Shown here: one piece after another, positions 51,101-64,000 of the stretch
Numbering within the stretch: the first letter of the stretch is position 1
Layout: each line of letters starts with the position of its first letter
Origin: Chrysomallon squamiferum
Lineage: Eukaryota; Animalia; Mollusca
Length of the DNA: 64,000 nucleotides
Assembly (NCBI GenBank): GCA_012295275.1
Contig: CM022665.1
Coordinates: forward strand, 248,001-312,000
Direction: 5' to 3'
Notes under the pieces: model-generated
What the model was told of the DNA's origin: nothing
The model's input: only the letters and a program-made list of their open reading frames with translations
Databases searched by the model: none
Translations under genes and position numbers: made by a program

Positions 51101-54100
51101 TAATGATATATTTAGTTTATTAATACTTTCTGTGTTCTTTCATTATCTTTCAAAAATTATTAAATTTACAAAATTATATATAAAAAAAAAGAAATTAAAT
51201 CGCACGCACCTTTTATTTTGATATGTTGAACTGTATTAAATGTTGAACGAGATTTCAGAGGCATGATTTTCGTTAGTTCATTGGTTAAACCTGTAATTTC
51301 CGAAAATGTATAAAATTAACATCAATTTATGTTTATCAGAAAATAATTGAACTATTATATTCATGTAGTAGTCATTCAGATTATAAAAATGCACAAAGTC
51401 ACAGACAGATAAACTATTTGAAAACTATTTGTCTGTGTTCTTTCATCATCTTCCAAAAATATTTAATTTAAAAAATTGTAAAAAAAACAAAACAAATTAA
51501 ATTGTACATACCTTTTATTGTGCTGTTTTCAACTTCATTTAAAGTTGAACAAGTTTTGTGACACATGATTTCCGTTGTTTCATAGGTTAAACCTGTAATT
51601 TCAGAAATATGGATAAACATAAAATGTGTAAAATTAATATCAGCTAACGTTTGTAAGAAAATAATTCTTTTTCACCTATTATATTCATGTAGTAGTCATT
51701 CAGATTATAAAAATGCACAAAATCACAGACAGAAAAACTATTTGAAAACGAAACCAGGACATTAATGAAACTCCACGCTTATCTTTTGGGATAATTTTTA
51801 AAACCAGGAAATAAAGGAGACATTTGTCTGACTTGCAATAATTCGAAATCACTGACAAACGTTCACTAATTAAAATAAATAATAGATGTTGATGTTCGTA
51901 TATTCATTGAAAGGCATGAGTGAGGTAAAATCAGGGTAGGGTCCTGTCAGCTACTGAAAATACGATAAATCAATATAATATTGCCATACTAAATAACTGG
52001 ATGTATACACAATTATATCTTTACTTCACAGGCATTGTTTTGAAACAAAACAAAAAAATAAAAGTAATAATAGTTGTTTACCAAAGAAAAGTAAACAACA
52101 TTAAATATATGACAATCGCTTTATAAGGTACGCTCAACAAGGTGTAAAAATACCTGGTGACTGAATAATCCTTTTTATCATGTTCACCTACTTATTATTT
52201 AGCTCTGTAAGTTCAGTAAGATAAGATTACATTGAACATATTAAAATTAACATCTGTGAAGTATGGTTCGTCACACTGTTATGATTTTACATTAGATATA
52301 GGCGATGCAGTTTTCACTAATTTTGTTTAAAAGGATCAGTTATATTCGTGATTTTTCTCGCCAATCTAGAACCGAGATTTTGAGTTGTAAGGATGAATTG
52401 TTCTAAGCATCCACAGACGACATCGAGATAGAAATTTCAGCGTTTTCCTTAGATGAGTACGCGTTTCACTTTCAATACAAAATGCAAAAAGTGTTTCTCC
52501 GTATCTGCAAATAACTGTCAGAAACAGAGCTTACGGATCTATTAAATACTGCTCCTTTTAATAATAATAACAGTAATAAATAAACAAACAAATAAATAAA
52601 AATAAAGATTAGAAAAAAACACAAAAACAACAAGAACTTTACGAATACCCTCAAGTCAGACATCATTACGGAGGGTGACCATGCAAATTACGTTTTAATA
52701 AAACGAGCGTCACATGTTACATAAAGAATGACACTAAACAAACAAGGTTTAATCATATAACGATATTTTTATTTTTTACTACTGTCTGTGTTCTTTCATC
52801 ATCTTCCAAAAATATTTAATTTAAAAAATTGTAAAAAAACAAAACAAATTAAATTGTACATACCTTTTATTGTGCTGTTTTCAACTTCATTTAAAGTTGA
52901 ACAAGTTTTGTGACACATGATTTCCGTTGTTTCATAGGTTAAACCTGTAATTTCAGAAATATGGATAAACATAAAATGTGTAAAATTAATATCAGCTAAC
53001 GTTTGTAAGAAAATAATTCTTTTTCACCTATTATATTCATGTAGTAGTCATTCAGATTATAAAAATGCACAAAATCACAGACAGAAAAACTATTTGAAAA
53101 CGAAACCAGGACATTAATGAAACTCCACGCTTATCTTTTGGGATAATTTTTAAAACCAGGAAATAAAGGAGACATTTGTCTGACTTGCAATAATTCGAAA
53201 TCACTGACAAACGTTCACTAATTAAAATAAATAATAGATGTTGATGTTCGTATATTCATTGAAAGGCATGAGTGAGGTAAAATCAGGATAGGGCTCTATC
53301 AGCTACTGAAATTACTATATATCAATATTTTATAGCCGTACTAAATAATTGGATGTACAGGCAATTATTTCTTTGCTTTACAGGTATTGATTAAGAAATA
53401 AATACTTAAAAACAGGTTGTTTACCAAACAAAACATCAGTAGATTAAGTATATGACAGTGACTTTATAAGTTACGTTCAAGAAGGTGTAAAAAAGTACCT
53501 AAAGCATGAAAGATCCTCTTTATCATCTTCACCTGCTTATCACTTAGCTCTGTAAGTTCTGTAAGATGAAATCAAAACAAACATTTTAAAATTAACATCT
53601 GTGAAGTGTGGTTCGTCACACTGTTATGATTTTACATTAGATATAGGCGATGCAGTTTTCACTAATTTTGTTTTAAAAGGATCAGTTATATTCGTGATTT
53701 TTCTCGCCAATCTAGAACCGAGATTTTGAGTTGTAAGGATGAATTGTTCTAAGCATCCACAGACGACATCGAGATAGAAATTTCAGCGTTTTCCTTAGAT
53801 GAGTACGCGTTTCACTTTCAATACAAAATGCAAAAGTGTTTCTCCGTATCTGCAAATAACTGTCAGAAACAGAGCTTACGGATCTATTAAATACTGCTCC
53901 TTTTAATAATAATAACAGTAATAAATAAACAAACAAATAAATAAAAATAAAGATTAGAAAAAAACACAAAAACAACAAGAACTTTACGAATACCCTCAAG
54001 TCAGACATCATTACGGAGGGTGACCATGCAAATTACGTTTTAATAAAACGAGCGTCACATGTTACATAAAGAATGACACTAAACAAACAAGGTTTAATCA

Positions 54101-57100
54101 TATAACGATATTTTTATTTTTTTACTACTGTCTGTGTTCTTTCATCATCTTCCAAAAATATTTAATTTAAAAAATTTGTAAAAAAAAAAAAACAAATTAA
54201 ATTGTACATACCTTTTATTGTGCTGTTTTCAACTTCATTTAAAGTTGAACAAGTTTTGTGACACATGATTTCCGTTGTTTCATAGGTTAAACCTGTAATT
54301 TCAGAAATATGGATAAACATAAAATGTGTAAAATTAATATCAGCTAACGTTTGTAAGAAAATAATTCTTTTTCACCTATTATATTCATGTAGTAGTCATT
54401 CAGATTATAAAATGCACAAAATCACAGACAGAAAAACTATTTGAAAACGAAACCAGGACATTAATGAAACTCCACGCTTATCTTTTGGGATAATTTTTAA
54501 AACCAGGAAATAAAGGAGACATTTGTCTGACTTGCAATAATTCGAAATCACTGACAAACGTTCACTAATTAAAATAAATAATAGATGTTGATGTTCGTAT
54601 ATTCATTGAAAGGCATGAGTGAGGTAAAATCAGGATAGGGCTCTATCAGCTACTGAAATTACTATATATCAATATTTTATAGCCGTACTAAATAATTGGA
54701 TGTACAGGCAATTATTTCTTTGCTTTTACAGGTATTGATTAAGAAATAAATACTTAAAAACAGGTTGTTTACCAAACAAAACATCAGTAGATTAAGTATA
54801 TGACAGTGACTTTATAAGTTACGTTCAAGAAGGTGTAAAAGTACCTAAAGCATGAAAGATCCTCTTTATCATCTTCACCTGCTTATCACTTAGCTCTGTA
54901 AGTTCTGTAAGATGAAATCAAAACAAACATTTTAAAATTAACATCTGTGAAGTGTGGTTCGTCACACTGTTATGATTTTACATTAGATATAGGCGATGCA
55001 GTTTTCACTAATTTTGTTTAAAAGGATCAGTTATATTCGTGATTTTTCTCGCCAATCTAGAACCGAGATTTTGAGTTGTAAGGATGAATTGTTCTAAGCA
55101 TCCACAGACGACATCGAGATAGAAATTTCAGCGTTTTCCTTAGATGAGTACGCGTTTCACTTTCAATACAAAATGCAAAAGTGTTTCTCCGTATCTGCAA
55201 ATAACTGTCAGAAACAGAGCTTACGGATCTATTAAATACTGCTCCTTTTAATAATAATAACAGTAATAAATAAACAAACAAATAAATAAAAATAAAGATT
55301 AGAAAAAAACACAAAAACAACAAGAACTTTACGAATACCCTCAAGTCAGACATCATTACGGAGGGTGACCATGCAAATTACGTTTTAATAAAACGAGCGT
55401 CACATGTTACATAAAGAATGACACTAAACAAACAAGGTTTAATCATATAACGATATTTTTATTTTTTTACTACTGTCTGTGTTCTTTCATCATCTTCCAA
55501 AAATATTTAATTTAAAAATTGTAAAAAAAAAAAAAAACAAATTAAATTGTACATACCTTTTATTGTGCTGTTTTCAACTTCATTTAAAGTTGAACAAGTT
55601 TTGTGACACATGATTTCCGTTGTTTCATAGGTTAAACCTGTAATTTCAGAAATATGGATAAACATAAAATGTGTAAAATTAATATCAGCTAACGTTTGTA
55701 AGAAAATAATTCTTTTTCACCTATTATATTCATGTAGTAGTCATTCAGATTATAAAAATGCACAAAATCACAGACAGAAAAACTATTTGAAAACGAAACC
55801 AGGACATTAATGAAACTCCACGCTTATCTTTTGGGATAATTTTTAAAACCAGGAAATAAAGGAGACATTTGTCTGACTTGCAATAATTCGAAATCACTGA
55901 CAAACGTTCACTAATTAAAATAAATAATAGATGTTGATGTTCGTATATTCATTGAAAGGCATGAGTGAGGTAAAAATCAGGATAGGGCTCTATCAGCTAC
56001 TGAAATTACTATATATCAATATTTTATAGCCGTACTAAATAATTGGATGTACAGGCAATTATTTCTTTGCTTTACAGGTATTGATTAAGAAATAAATACT
56101 TAAAAACAGGTTGTTTACCAAACAAAACATCAGTAGATTAAGTATATGACAGTGACTTTATAAGTTACGTTCAAGAAGGTGTAAAAGTACCTAAAGCATG
56201 AAAGATCCTCTTTATCATCTTCACCTGCTTATCACTTAGCTCTGTAAGTTCTGTAAGATGAAATCAAAACAAACATTTTAAAATTAACATCTGTGAAGTG
56301 TGGTTCGTCACACTGTTATGATTTTACATTAGATATAGGCGATGCAGTTTTCACTAATTTTGTTTAAAAGGATCAGTTATATTCGTGATTTTTCTCGCCA
56401 ATCTAGAACCGAGATTTTGAGTTGTAAGGATGAATTGTTCTAAGCATCCACAGACGACATCGAGATAGAAATTTCAGCGTTTTCCTTAGATGAGTACGCG
56501 TTTCACTTTCAATACAAAATGCAAAAAGTGTTTCTCCGTATCTGCAAATAACTGTCAGAAACAGAGCTTACGGATCTATTAAATACTGCTCCTTTTAATA
56601 ATAATAACAGTAATAAATAAACAAACAAATAAATAAAAATAAAGATTAGAAAAAAACAAAAAAACAACAAGAACTTTACGAATACCCTCAAGTCAGACAT
56701 CATTACGGAGGGTGACCATGCAAATTACGTTTTAATAAAACGAGCGTCACATGTTACATAAAGAATGACACTAAACAAACAAGGTTTAATCATATAACGA
56801 TATTTTTATTTTTTACTACTGTCTGTGTTCTTTCATCATCTTCCAAAAATATTTAATTTAAAAAATTGTAAAAAAAACAAAACAAATTAAATTGTACATA
56901 CCTTTTATTGTGCTGTTTTCAACTTCATTTAAAGTTGAACAAGTTTTGTGACACATGATTTCCGTTGTTTCATAGGTTAAACCTGTAATTTCAGAAATAT
57001 GGATAAACATAAAATGTGTAAAATTAATATCAGCTAACGTTTGTAAGAAAATAATTCTTTTTCACCTATTATATTCATGTAGTAGTCATTCAGATTATAA

Positions 57101-60100
57101 AAATGCACAAAATCACAGACAGAAAAACTATTTGAAAACGAAACCAGGACATTAATGAAACTCCACGCTTATCTTTTGGGATAATTTTTAAAACCAGGAA
57201 ATAAAGGAGACATTTGTCTGACTTGCAATAATTCGAAATCACTGACAAACGTTCACTAATTAAAATAAATAATAGATGTTGATGTTCGTATATTCATTGA
57301 AAGGCATGAGTGAGGTAAAATCAGGATAGGGCTCTATCAGCTACTGAAATTACTATATATCAATATTTTATAGCCGTACTAAATAATTGGATGAACAGGC
57401 AATTATTTCTTTGCTTTTACAGGTATTGATTAAGAAATAAATACTTAAAAACAGGTTGTTTACCAAACAAAACATCAGTAGATTAAGTATATGACAGTGA
57501 CTTTATAAGTTACGTTCAAGAAGGTGTAAAAGTACCTAAAGCATGAAAGATCCTCTTTATCATCTTCACCTGCTTATCACTTAGCTCTGTAAGTTCTGTA
57601 AGATGAAATCAAAACAAACATTTTAAAATTAACATCTGTGAAGTGTGGTTCGTCACACTGTTATGATTTTACATTAGATATAGGCGATGCAGTTTTCACT
57701 AATTTTGTTTAAAAGGATCAGTTATATTCGTGATTTTTCTCGCCAGTCTAGAACCGAGATTTTGAGTTGTAAGGATGAATTGTTCTAAGCATCCACAGAC
57801 GACATCGAGATAGAAATTTCAGCGTTTTCCTTAGATGAGTACGCGTTTCACTTTCAATACAAAATGCAAAAGTGTTTCTCCGTATCTGCAAATAACTGTC
57901 AGAAACAGAGCTTACGGATCTATTAAATACTGCTCCTTTTAATAATAATAACAGTAATAAATAAACAAACAAATAAATAAAAATAAAGATTAGAAAAAAA
58001 CAAAAAAAACAACAAGAACTTTACGAATACCCTCAAGTCAGACATCATTACGGAGGGTGACCATGCAAATTACGTTTTAATAAAACGAGCGTCACATGTT
58101 ACATAAAGAATGACACTAAACAAACAAGGTTTAATCATATAACGATATTTTTATTTTTACTACTGTCTGTGTTCTTTCATCATCTTCCAAAAATATTTAA
58201 TTTAAAAAATTGTAAAAAAACAAAACAAATTAAATTGTACATACCTTTTATTGTGCTGTTTTCAACTTCACTTAAAGTTGAACAAGTTTTGTGACACATG
58301 ATTTCCGTTGTTTCATAGGTTAAACCTGTAATTTCAGAAATATGGATAAACATAAAATGTGTAAAATTAATATCAGCTAACGTTTGTAAGAAAATAATTC
58401 TTTTTTTCACCTATTATATTCATGTAGTAGTCATTCAGATTATAAAAATGCACAAAATCACAGACAGAAAAACTATTTGAAAACGAAACCAGGGGACATT
58501 AATGAAACTCCACGCTTATCTTTTGGGATAATTTTTAAAACCAGGAAATAAAGGAGACATTTGTCTGACTTGCAATAATTCGAAATCACTGACAAACGTT
58601 CACTAATTAAAATAAATAATAGATGTTGATGTTCGTATATTCATTGAAAGGCATGAGTGAGGTAAAATCAGGATAGGGCTCTATCAGCTACTGAAATTAC
58701 TATATATCAATATTTTATAGCCGTACTAAATAATTGGATGTACAGGCAATTATTTCTTTGCTTTACAGGTATTGATTAAGAAATAAATACTTAAAACAGG
58801 TTGTTTACCAAACAAAACATCAGTAGATTAAGTATATGACAGTGACTTTATAAGTTACGTTCAAGAAGGTGTAAAAGTACCTAAAGCATGTAAGATCCTC
58901 TTTATCATCTTCACCTGCTTATCACTTAGCTCTGTAAGTTCTGTAAGATGAAATCAAAACAAACATTTTAAAATTAACATCTGTGAAGTGTGGTTCGTCA
59001 CACTGTTATGATTTTACATTAGATATAGGCGATGCAGTTTTCACTAATTTTGTTTAAAAGGATCAGTTATATTCGTGATTTTTCTCGCCAATCTAGAACC
59101 GAGATTTTGAGTTGTAAGGATGAATTGTTCTAAGCATCCACAGACGACATCGAGATAGAAATTTCAGCGTTTTCCTCAGATGAGTACGCGTTTCACTTTC
59201 AATACAAAATGCAAAAAGTGTTTCTCCGTATCTGCAAATAACTGTCAGAAACAGAGCTTACGGATCTATTAAATACTGCTCCTTTTAATAATAATAACAG
59301 TAATAAATAAACAAACAAATAAATAAAAATAAAGATTAGAAAAAAACAAAAAAACAACAAGAACTTTACGAATACCCTCAAGTCAGACATCATTACGGAG
59401 GGTGACCATGCAAATTACGTTTTAATAAAACGAGCGTCACATGTTACATAAAGAATGACACTAAACAAACAAGGTTTAATCATATAACGATATTTTTTAT
59501 TTTTTACTACTGTCTGTGTTCTTTCATCATCTTCCAAAAATATTTAATTTAAAAAATTGTAAAAAAAACAAAACAAATTAAATTGTACATACCTTTTATT
59601 GTGCTGTTTTCAACTTCATTTAAAGTTGAACAAGTTTTGTGACACATGATTTCCGTTGTTTCATAGGTTAAACCTGTAATTTCAGAAATATGGATAAACA
59701 TAAAATGTGTAAAATTAATATCAGCTAACGTTTGTAAGAAAATAATTCTTTTTCACCTATTATATTCATGTAGTAGTCATTCAGATTATAAAAATGCACA
59801 AAATCACAGACAGAAAAACTATTTGAAAACGAAACCAGGACATTAATGAAACTCCACGCTTATCTTTTGGGATAATTTTTAAAACCAGGAAATAAAGGAG
59901 ACATTTGTCTGACTTGCAATAATTCGAAATCACTGACAAACGTTCACTAATTAAAATAAATAATAGATGTTGATGTTCGTATATTCATTGAAAGGCATGA
60001 GTGAGGTAAAATCAGGATAGGGCTCCTATCAGCTACTGAAAATACTATATATCAATATTTTATAGCCATACTAAATAATTGGATGTACAGGCAATTATTT

Positions 60101-61720
60101 CTTTTGCTTTACAGGTATTGATTAAACAAATAAAAAAATACTTAAAAATAGGTTGTTTACCAAACAAAACATCAGTAGATTAAATATATGACAGTGACTT
60201 TATAAGTTACGTTCAAGAAGGTGTAAAAATACCTAAAGACTGAATAATCCTTTTATCATCTTCACCTGCTTATCATTTAGCACTATAAGTTCTGTAAGAT
60301 GAAATCAAAATAAACATATTAAAATTAAAATCTGTGAAGTGTGGTTCGTCACACTGTTATGATTTTACATTAGATATAGGCGATGCAGTTTTCACTAATT
60401 TTGTTTAAAAGGATCAGTTATATTTGTGATTTTTCTCGCCAATCTAGAACCGAGATTTTGAGTTGTAAGGATGAATTGTTCTAAGCATCCACAGACGACA
60501 TCGAGATAGAAATTTCAGCGTTTTCCTTAGATGAGTACGCGTTTCACTTTCAATACAAAATGCAAAAGTGTTTCTCCGTATCTGCAAATAACTGTCAGAA
60601 ACAGAGCTTACGGATCTATTAAATACTGCTCCTTTTAATAATAATAACAGTAATAAATAAACAAACAAATAAATAAAAATAAAGATTAGAAAAAAACACA
60701 AAAACAACAAGAACTTTACGAATACCCTCAAGTCAGACATCATTACGGAGGGTGACCATGCAAATTACGTTTTAATAAAACGAGCGTCACATGTTACATA
60801 AAGAATGACACTAAACAAACAAGGTTTAATCATATAACGATATTTTTATTTTTTTACTACTGTCTGTGTTCTTTCATCATCTTCCAAAAATATTTAATTT
60901 AAAAAAATGTAAAAAAACAAAACAAATTAAATTGTACATACCTTTTATTGTGCTGTTTTCAACTTTTTAAAGTTGAACAAGTTTTGTGACACATGATTTC
61001 CGTTGTTTCATAGGTTAAACCTGTAATTTCAGAAATATGGATAAACATAAAATGTGTAAAATTAATATCAGCTAACGTTTGTAAGAAAATAATTCTTTTT
61101 TCACCTATTATATTCATGTAGTAGTCATTCAGATTATAAAAATGCACAAAATCACAGACAGAAAATCTATTTGAAAACGAAACCAGGACATTAATGAAAC
61201 TCCACGCTTATCTTTTGGGATAATTTTTAAAACCAGGAAATAAAGGAGACATTTGTCTGACTTGCAATAATTCGAAATCACTGACAAACGTTCACTAATT
61301 AAAATAAATAATAGATGTTGATGTTCGTATATTCATTGAAAGGCATGAGTGAGGTAAAATCAGGGTAGGGTCCTGTCAGCTACTGAAAATACGATAAATC
61401 AATATAATATTGCCATACTAAATAACTGGATGTATACACAATTATATCTTTACTTCACAGGCATTGTTTTGAAACAAAACAAAAAATTTAAGTAATAATA
61501 GTTGTTTACCAAAGAAAAGTAAACAACATTAAATATATGACAATCGCTTTATAAGGTACGCTCAACAAGGTGTAAAAATACCTGATGACTGAATAATCCT
61601 TTTTATCATGTTCACCTACTTATTATTTAGCTCTGTAAGTTCAGTAAGATAAGATTACAATGAACATTTTAAAATTAACATCTGTGAAGTGTGGCTCTTC
61701 ACACTGTTATGATTTTACGT
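48200..61720 (-). repeat. Tandem array 2 of the 1.345-kb exon-bearing unit (10 near-identical cassettes plus one diverged)
   Basis: 81-nt cassette with low coordinates 48861, 50205, 51512, 52864, 54212, 55557, 56902, 58245, 59593, 60942 (the last is 79 nt); diverged copy at 51210. Confidence 0.95.
51210..51290 (-). CDS. Diverged 81-nt exon cassette, (G)LTNELTKIMPLKSRSTFNTVQHIKIK(G)
   Basis: ATTACAG acceptor, AAG|GTGCGT donor; same length and open frame despite many substitutions. Confidence 0.6.
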
Positions 61721-61960
61721 TAGAAATATTTGATGCATTTTATGAAATGTCTTAATATATTGATGATTCATCTCGTGATCTGGAGACGATATTTTGTTTT
61801 CTAAAACACCACGCAGAAATTAATACTTCTTAAAATTTACGTGTTCATGATTTTACTGCTCATTATTTCACTGTGTATTATCTCACATACAGATAAATAA
61901 ACTTTGACATAAAACTGAAGTAGCAAAGGTTAATATAAGAAACATTTCTGTGTTACTTAC

Positions 61961-62027
61961 GAGGTTCTATAAATAGATTTAAGTCTGTCTTCATTCTTTC
62001 TGACTCTGTTGATTTCCGTTTGTTCAT
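61961..62027 (-). CDS. Candidate start-codon exon of copy C (MNKRKSTESERMKTDLNLFIEP)
   Basis: ATTACAG acceptor at 62037-62038, ACCCATG, open frame ending in phase 1 at a GTAAGT donor. Confidence 0.4.
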
Positions 62028-62726
62028 GGGTTAAACCTGTAATTTCAGAAATATAGATGAACATAAAATGATTTTACGTTAGAAATATGTGATGTATTTT
62101 TCAGTAATTTTATGAAATGCATTAATATATTGATGATTCATATCTTGATCTGGAGACTGTTTTCTAAAACACCACGAAGAAATTAATACTTCTGATAATC
62201 TACGTTTTCATGATTGTACTGCTCATTTACATTTAATGCGTATTATCCCAGATACAAATAAATAAAGTGTGATGTTATCAGACATAAAACTGAAGTAACA
62301 AAGGTTAATATAAGGAAAATCTCTGTTACGCACCAGACTGCTCTATAAATAGATTCAAGTTTCTCTTCATTCTTTCTGACTGTGTCTTTTACTTTGACAA
62401 TTTAAGCAGTTTCTAAATTTAAATAAATTTAATTTGAGTATAATTATTAATAAAACACTGGAACGTGTTAAATTTGTAGACAAACTGATTCTATATTGAT
62501 TACTGACCTCAAGAAATAAAATAACATGTACTATACATGTAGTCTGATGTAAGTATGAACTTTACCAAAGTTTAATCTGATAACATTCAGTCAATCAATT
62601 AAAACATCAAACAAAATGTTGTGTTCTTTCATCACAGTTAAGAAATCATTAAACTAACAAATTTATCTTTTACAGAACTACTAATGTTTATTCAAATCTA
62701 GCTACTACCACTGCAGGCAGTTAAGT

Positions 62727-62775
62727 CTTCTCGAACATTCTCGGAAATATTTTCGTTCATACAAGTTTCAGTTTC
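62727..62775. promoter_or_regulatory. Overlapping HSE and STAT/GAS motifs plus ISRE motif in the putative first intron of copy C
   Basis: TTCtcGAAcaTTC (62728-62740), TTCTCGGAA (62738-62746), AGTTTCAGTTTC (62764-62775). Confidence 0.45.
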
Positions 62776-63273
62776 ATAAAGAAACCAAAAAAAGAAGAAG
62801 AAGAAAAAAAAAAAAAAAAAAGAAACTAAAACACGGAAATATTTTATAATATAAAGCAACACAAAACTAATAATTTTAAATATTTGTTTTAGCACGTAGT
62901 CTATGAACTTTTAACTGTTACTGAAAACGATATTCAAGAATGGGCGACACAAACGGGTCAATATTTGTGACCTTTTCGTTGTCGCTCGTAACAAATACAA
63001 AGGAAGGTCGTTTTTTCTGTTATCTGAATGTGGTAAAACAGGTTAAAACGTAATCATTATTTCATAAACTGTCATGTTAATAAGCTCTTTAACTAAATGT
63101 AAGGTCCATGTCCATTTTACTGGAGTGTTTGAATCGAATAAAACCACTTCAATATTTGATATAAAATTTACAAAGAGGAAGTAATGTTAGAATCTGTTTG
63201 AAAAAATCAGCGTATTTACAAACATAAATATCTGATTACTGGATATAGAAAACTGTTATTACAATGTTTATCG

Positions 63274-63430
63274 ACTTACCCAAATTCCTAATCAAATTAT
63301 TTCTGTAAAGAACGACCCAAACACATCAATATGTTAAAAAGAGAAAACAAAACATACAGGTCGTCTCTGCGTGGTAACGATCACGTGACTCAAATTACGT
63401 GTACAAAGTGACATAAACATGGCGACTTTC
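63274..63430 (-). promoter_or_regulatory. Putative promoter and non-coding first exon of copy C
   Basis: GG|GTAAGT donor at 63279-63274; TCACGTGA 63381-63388 overlapping TGACTCA 63386-63392; TACGTG 63396-63401; AACATGGCG YY1-like; homologous to 20441-20600. Confidence 0.5.
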
Positions 63431-64000
63431 CATTGAACCACTGATACGGAAAAATCTCATTTTATTTTATTTTATTTCATTTCATTTCACTTCATTTTAT
63501 TTATTTATATCCTAGTTAACTAAATATTAATAGTACTACAACTAGGTATATTGTTTACATGGTGAACTTTCTTATGCCTTAATAAGACGAACTCACAATT
63601 GAATAAACATTTTCTAGATGTTGTTATTATAATTCCATTTTTATTACTTTAACTCTCGTTTCATAAATCTAGAAAGATTTTCTGATAAACAAATATAAAT
63701 ATTTGTAATATTTTCATGTACGTTATACTCAGTGGACTAATTTGCCACGCATTAAATATAATATTAAAATATATTACTTTTATTACAGGAAAAATACACT
63801 AATCTTTATTTATATTACAGTTACTGCAATTTATTTTGTTTGAATACGCTTGCTGTTAAATGTGGTTAATTTTGAATTTTTCGATTTTCCTGTACGTTGT
63901 CCATAAAACCAACTTTGACACGAATAAAACTGATCTAAATGGTGACACAATACCAAAAACAGATTATTGACGATATTCTGAAAACACAGAGGAGACTTGC

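Overview
AT-rich, intron-containing animal DNA; an invertebrate, possibly a mollusc or other lophotrochozoan (inference only). One 200-N scaffold gap at 16274-16473. The window is a minus-strand tandem cluster of inhibitor-of-apoptosis (BIR/IAP) genes. Copy C (about 35843-63400) is nearly complete: a giant exon with about 246 copies of a 24-bp repeat encoding 8 aa (EQLRSDET), BIR1, a split BIR2, linker mini-exons and a C3HC4 RING. Copy A (388 to about 20600) has a damaged BIR1 and has lost a splice donor. Copies B (30033-31470) and D (33381-35620) are fragmentary. Two apparent 1.345-kb satellite arrays (about 5.0-16.3 kb and 48.2-61.7 kb) lie between the putative promoters and the BIR exons. 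Nearly every unit carries an 81-nt, phase-1/phase-1, stop-free exon-like cassette with AG/GT ends, and most carry a second 60-nt cassette, so the arrays look like tandem exon arrays. Also present: the last exon of an aromatic amino-acid hydroxylase, a decayed non-LTR retrotransposon at cluster junctions, a TA-flanked pogo/Tigger-like MITE with its empty site in a paralog, and a paralog-conserved promoter/intron-1 region with E-box and IRF/STAT-like motifs. All gene models were read by eye and have no transcript support.
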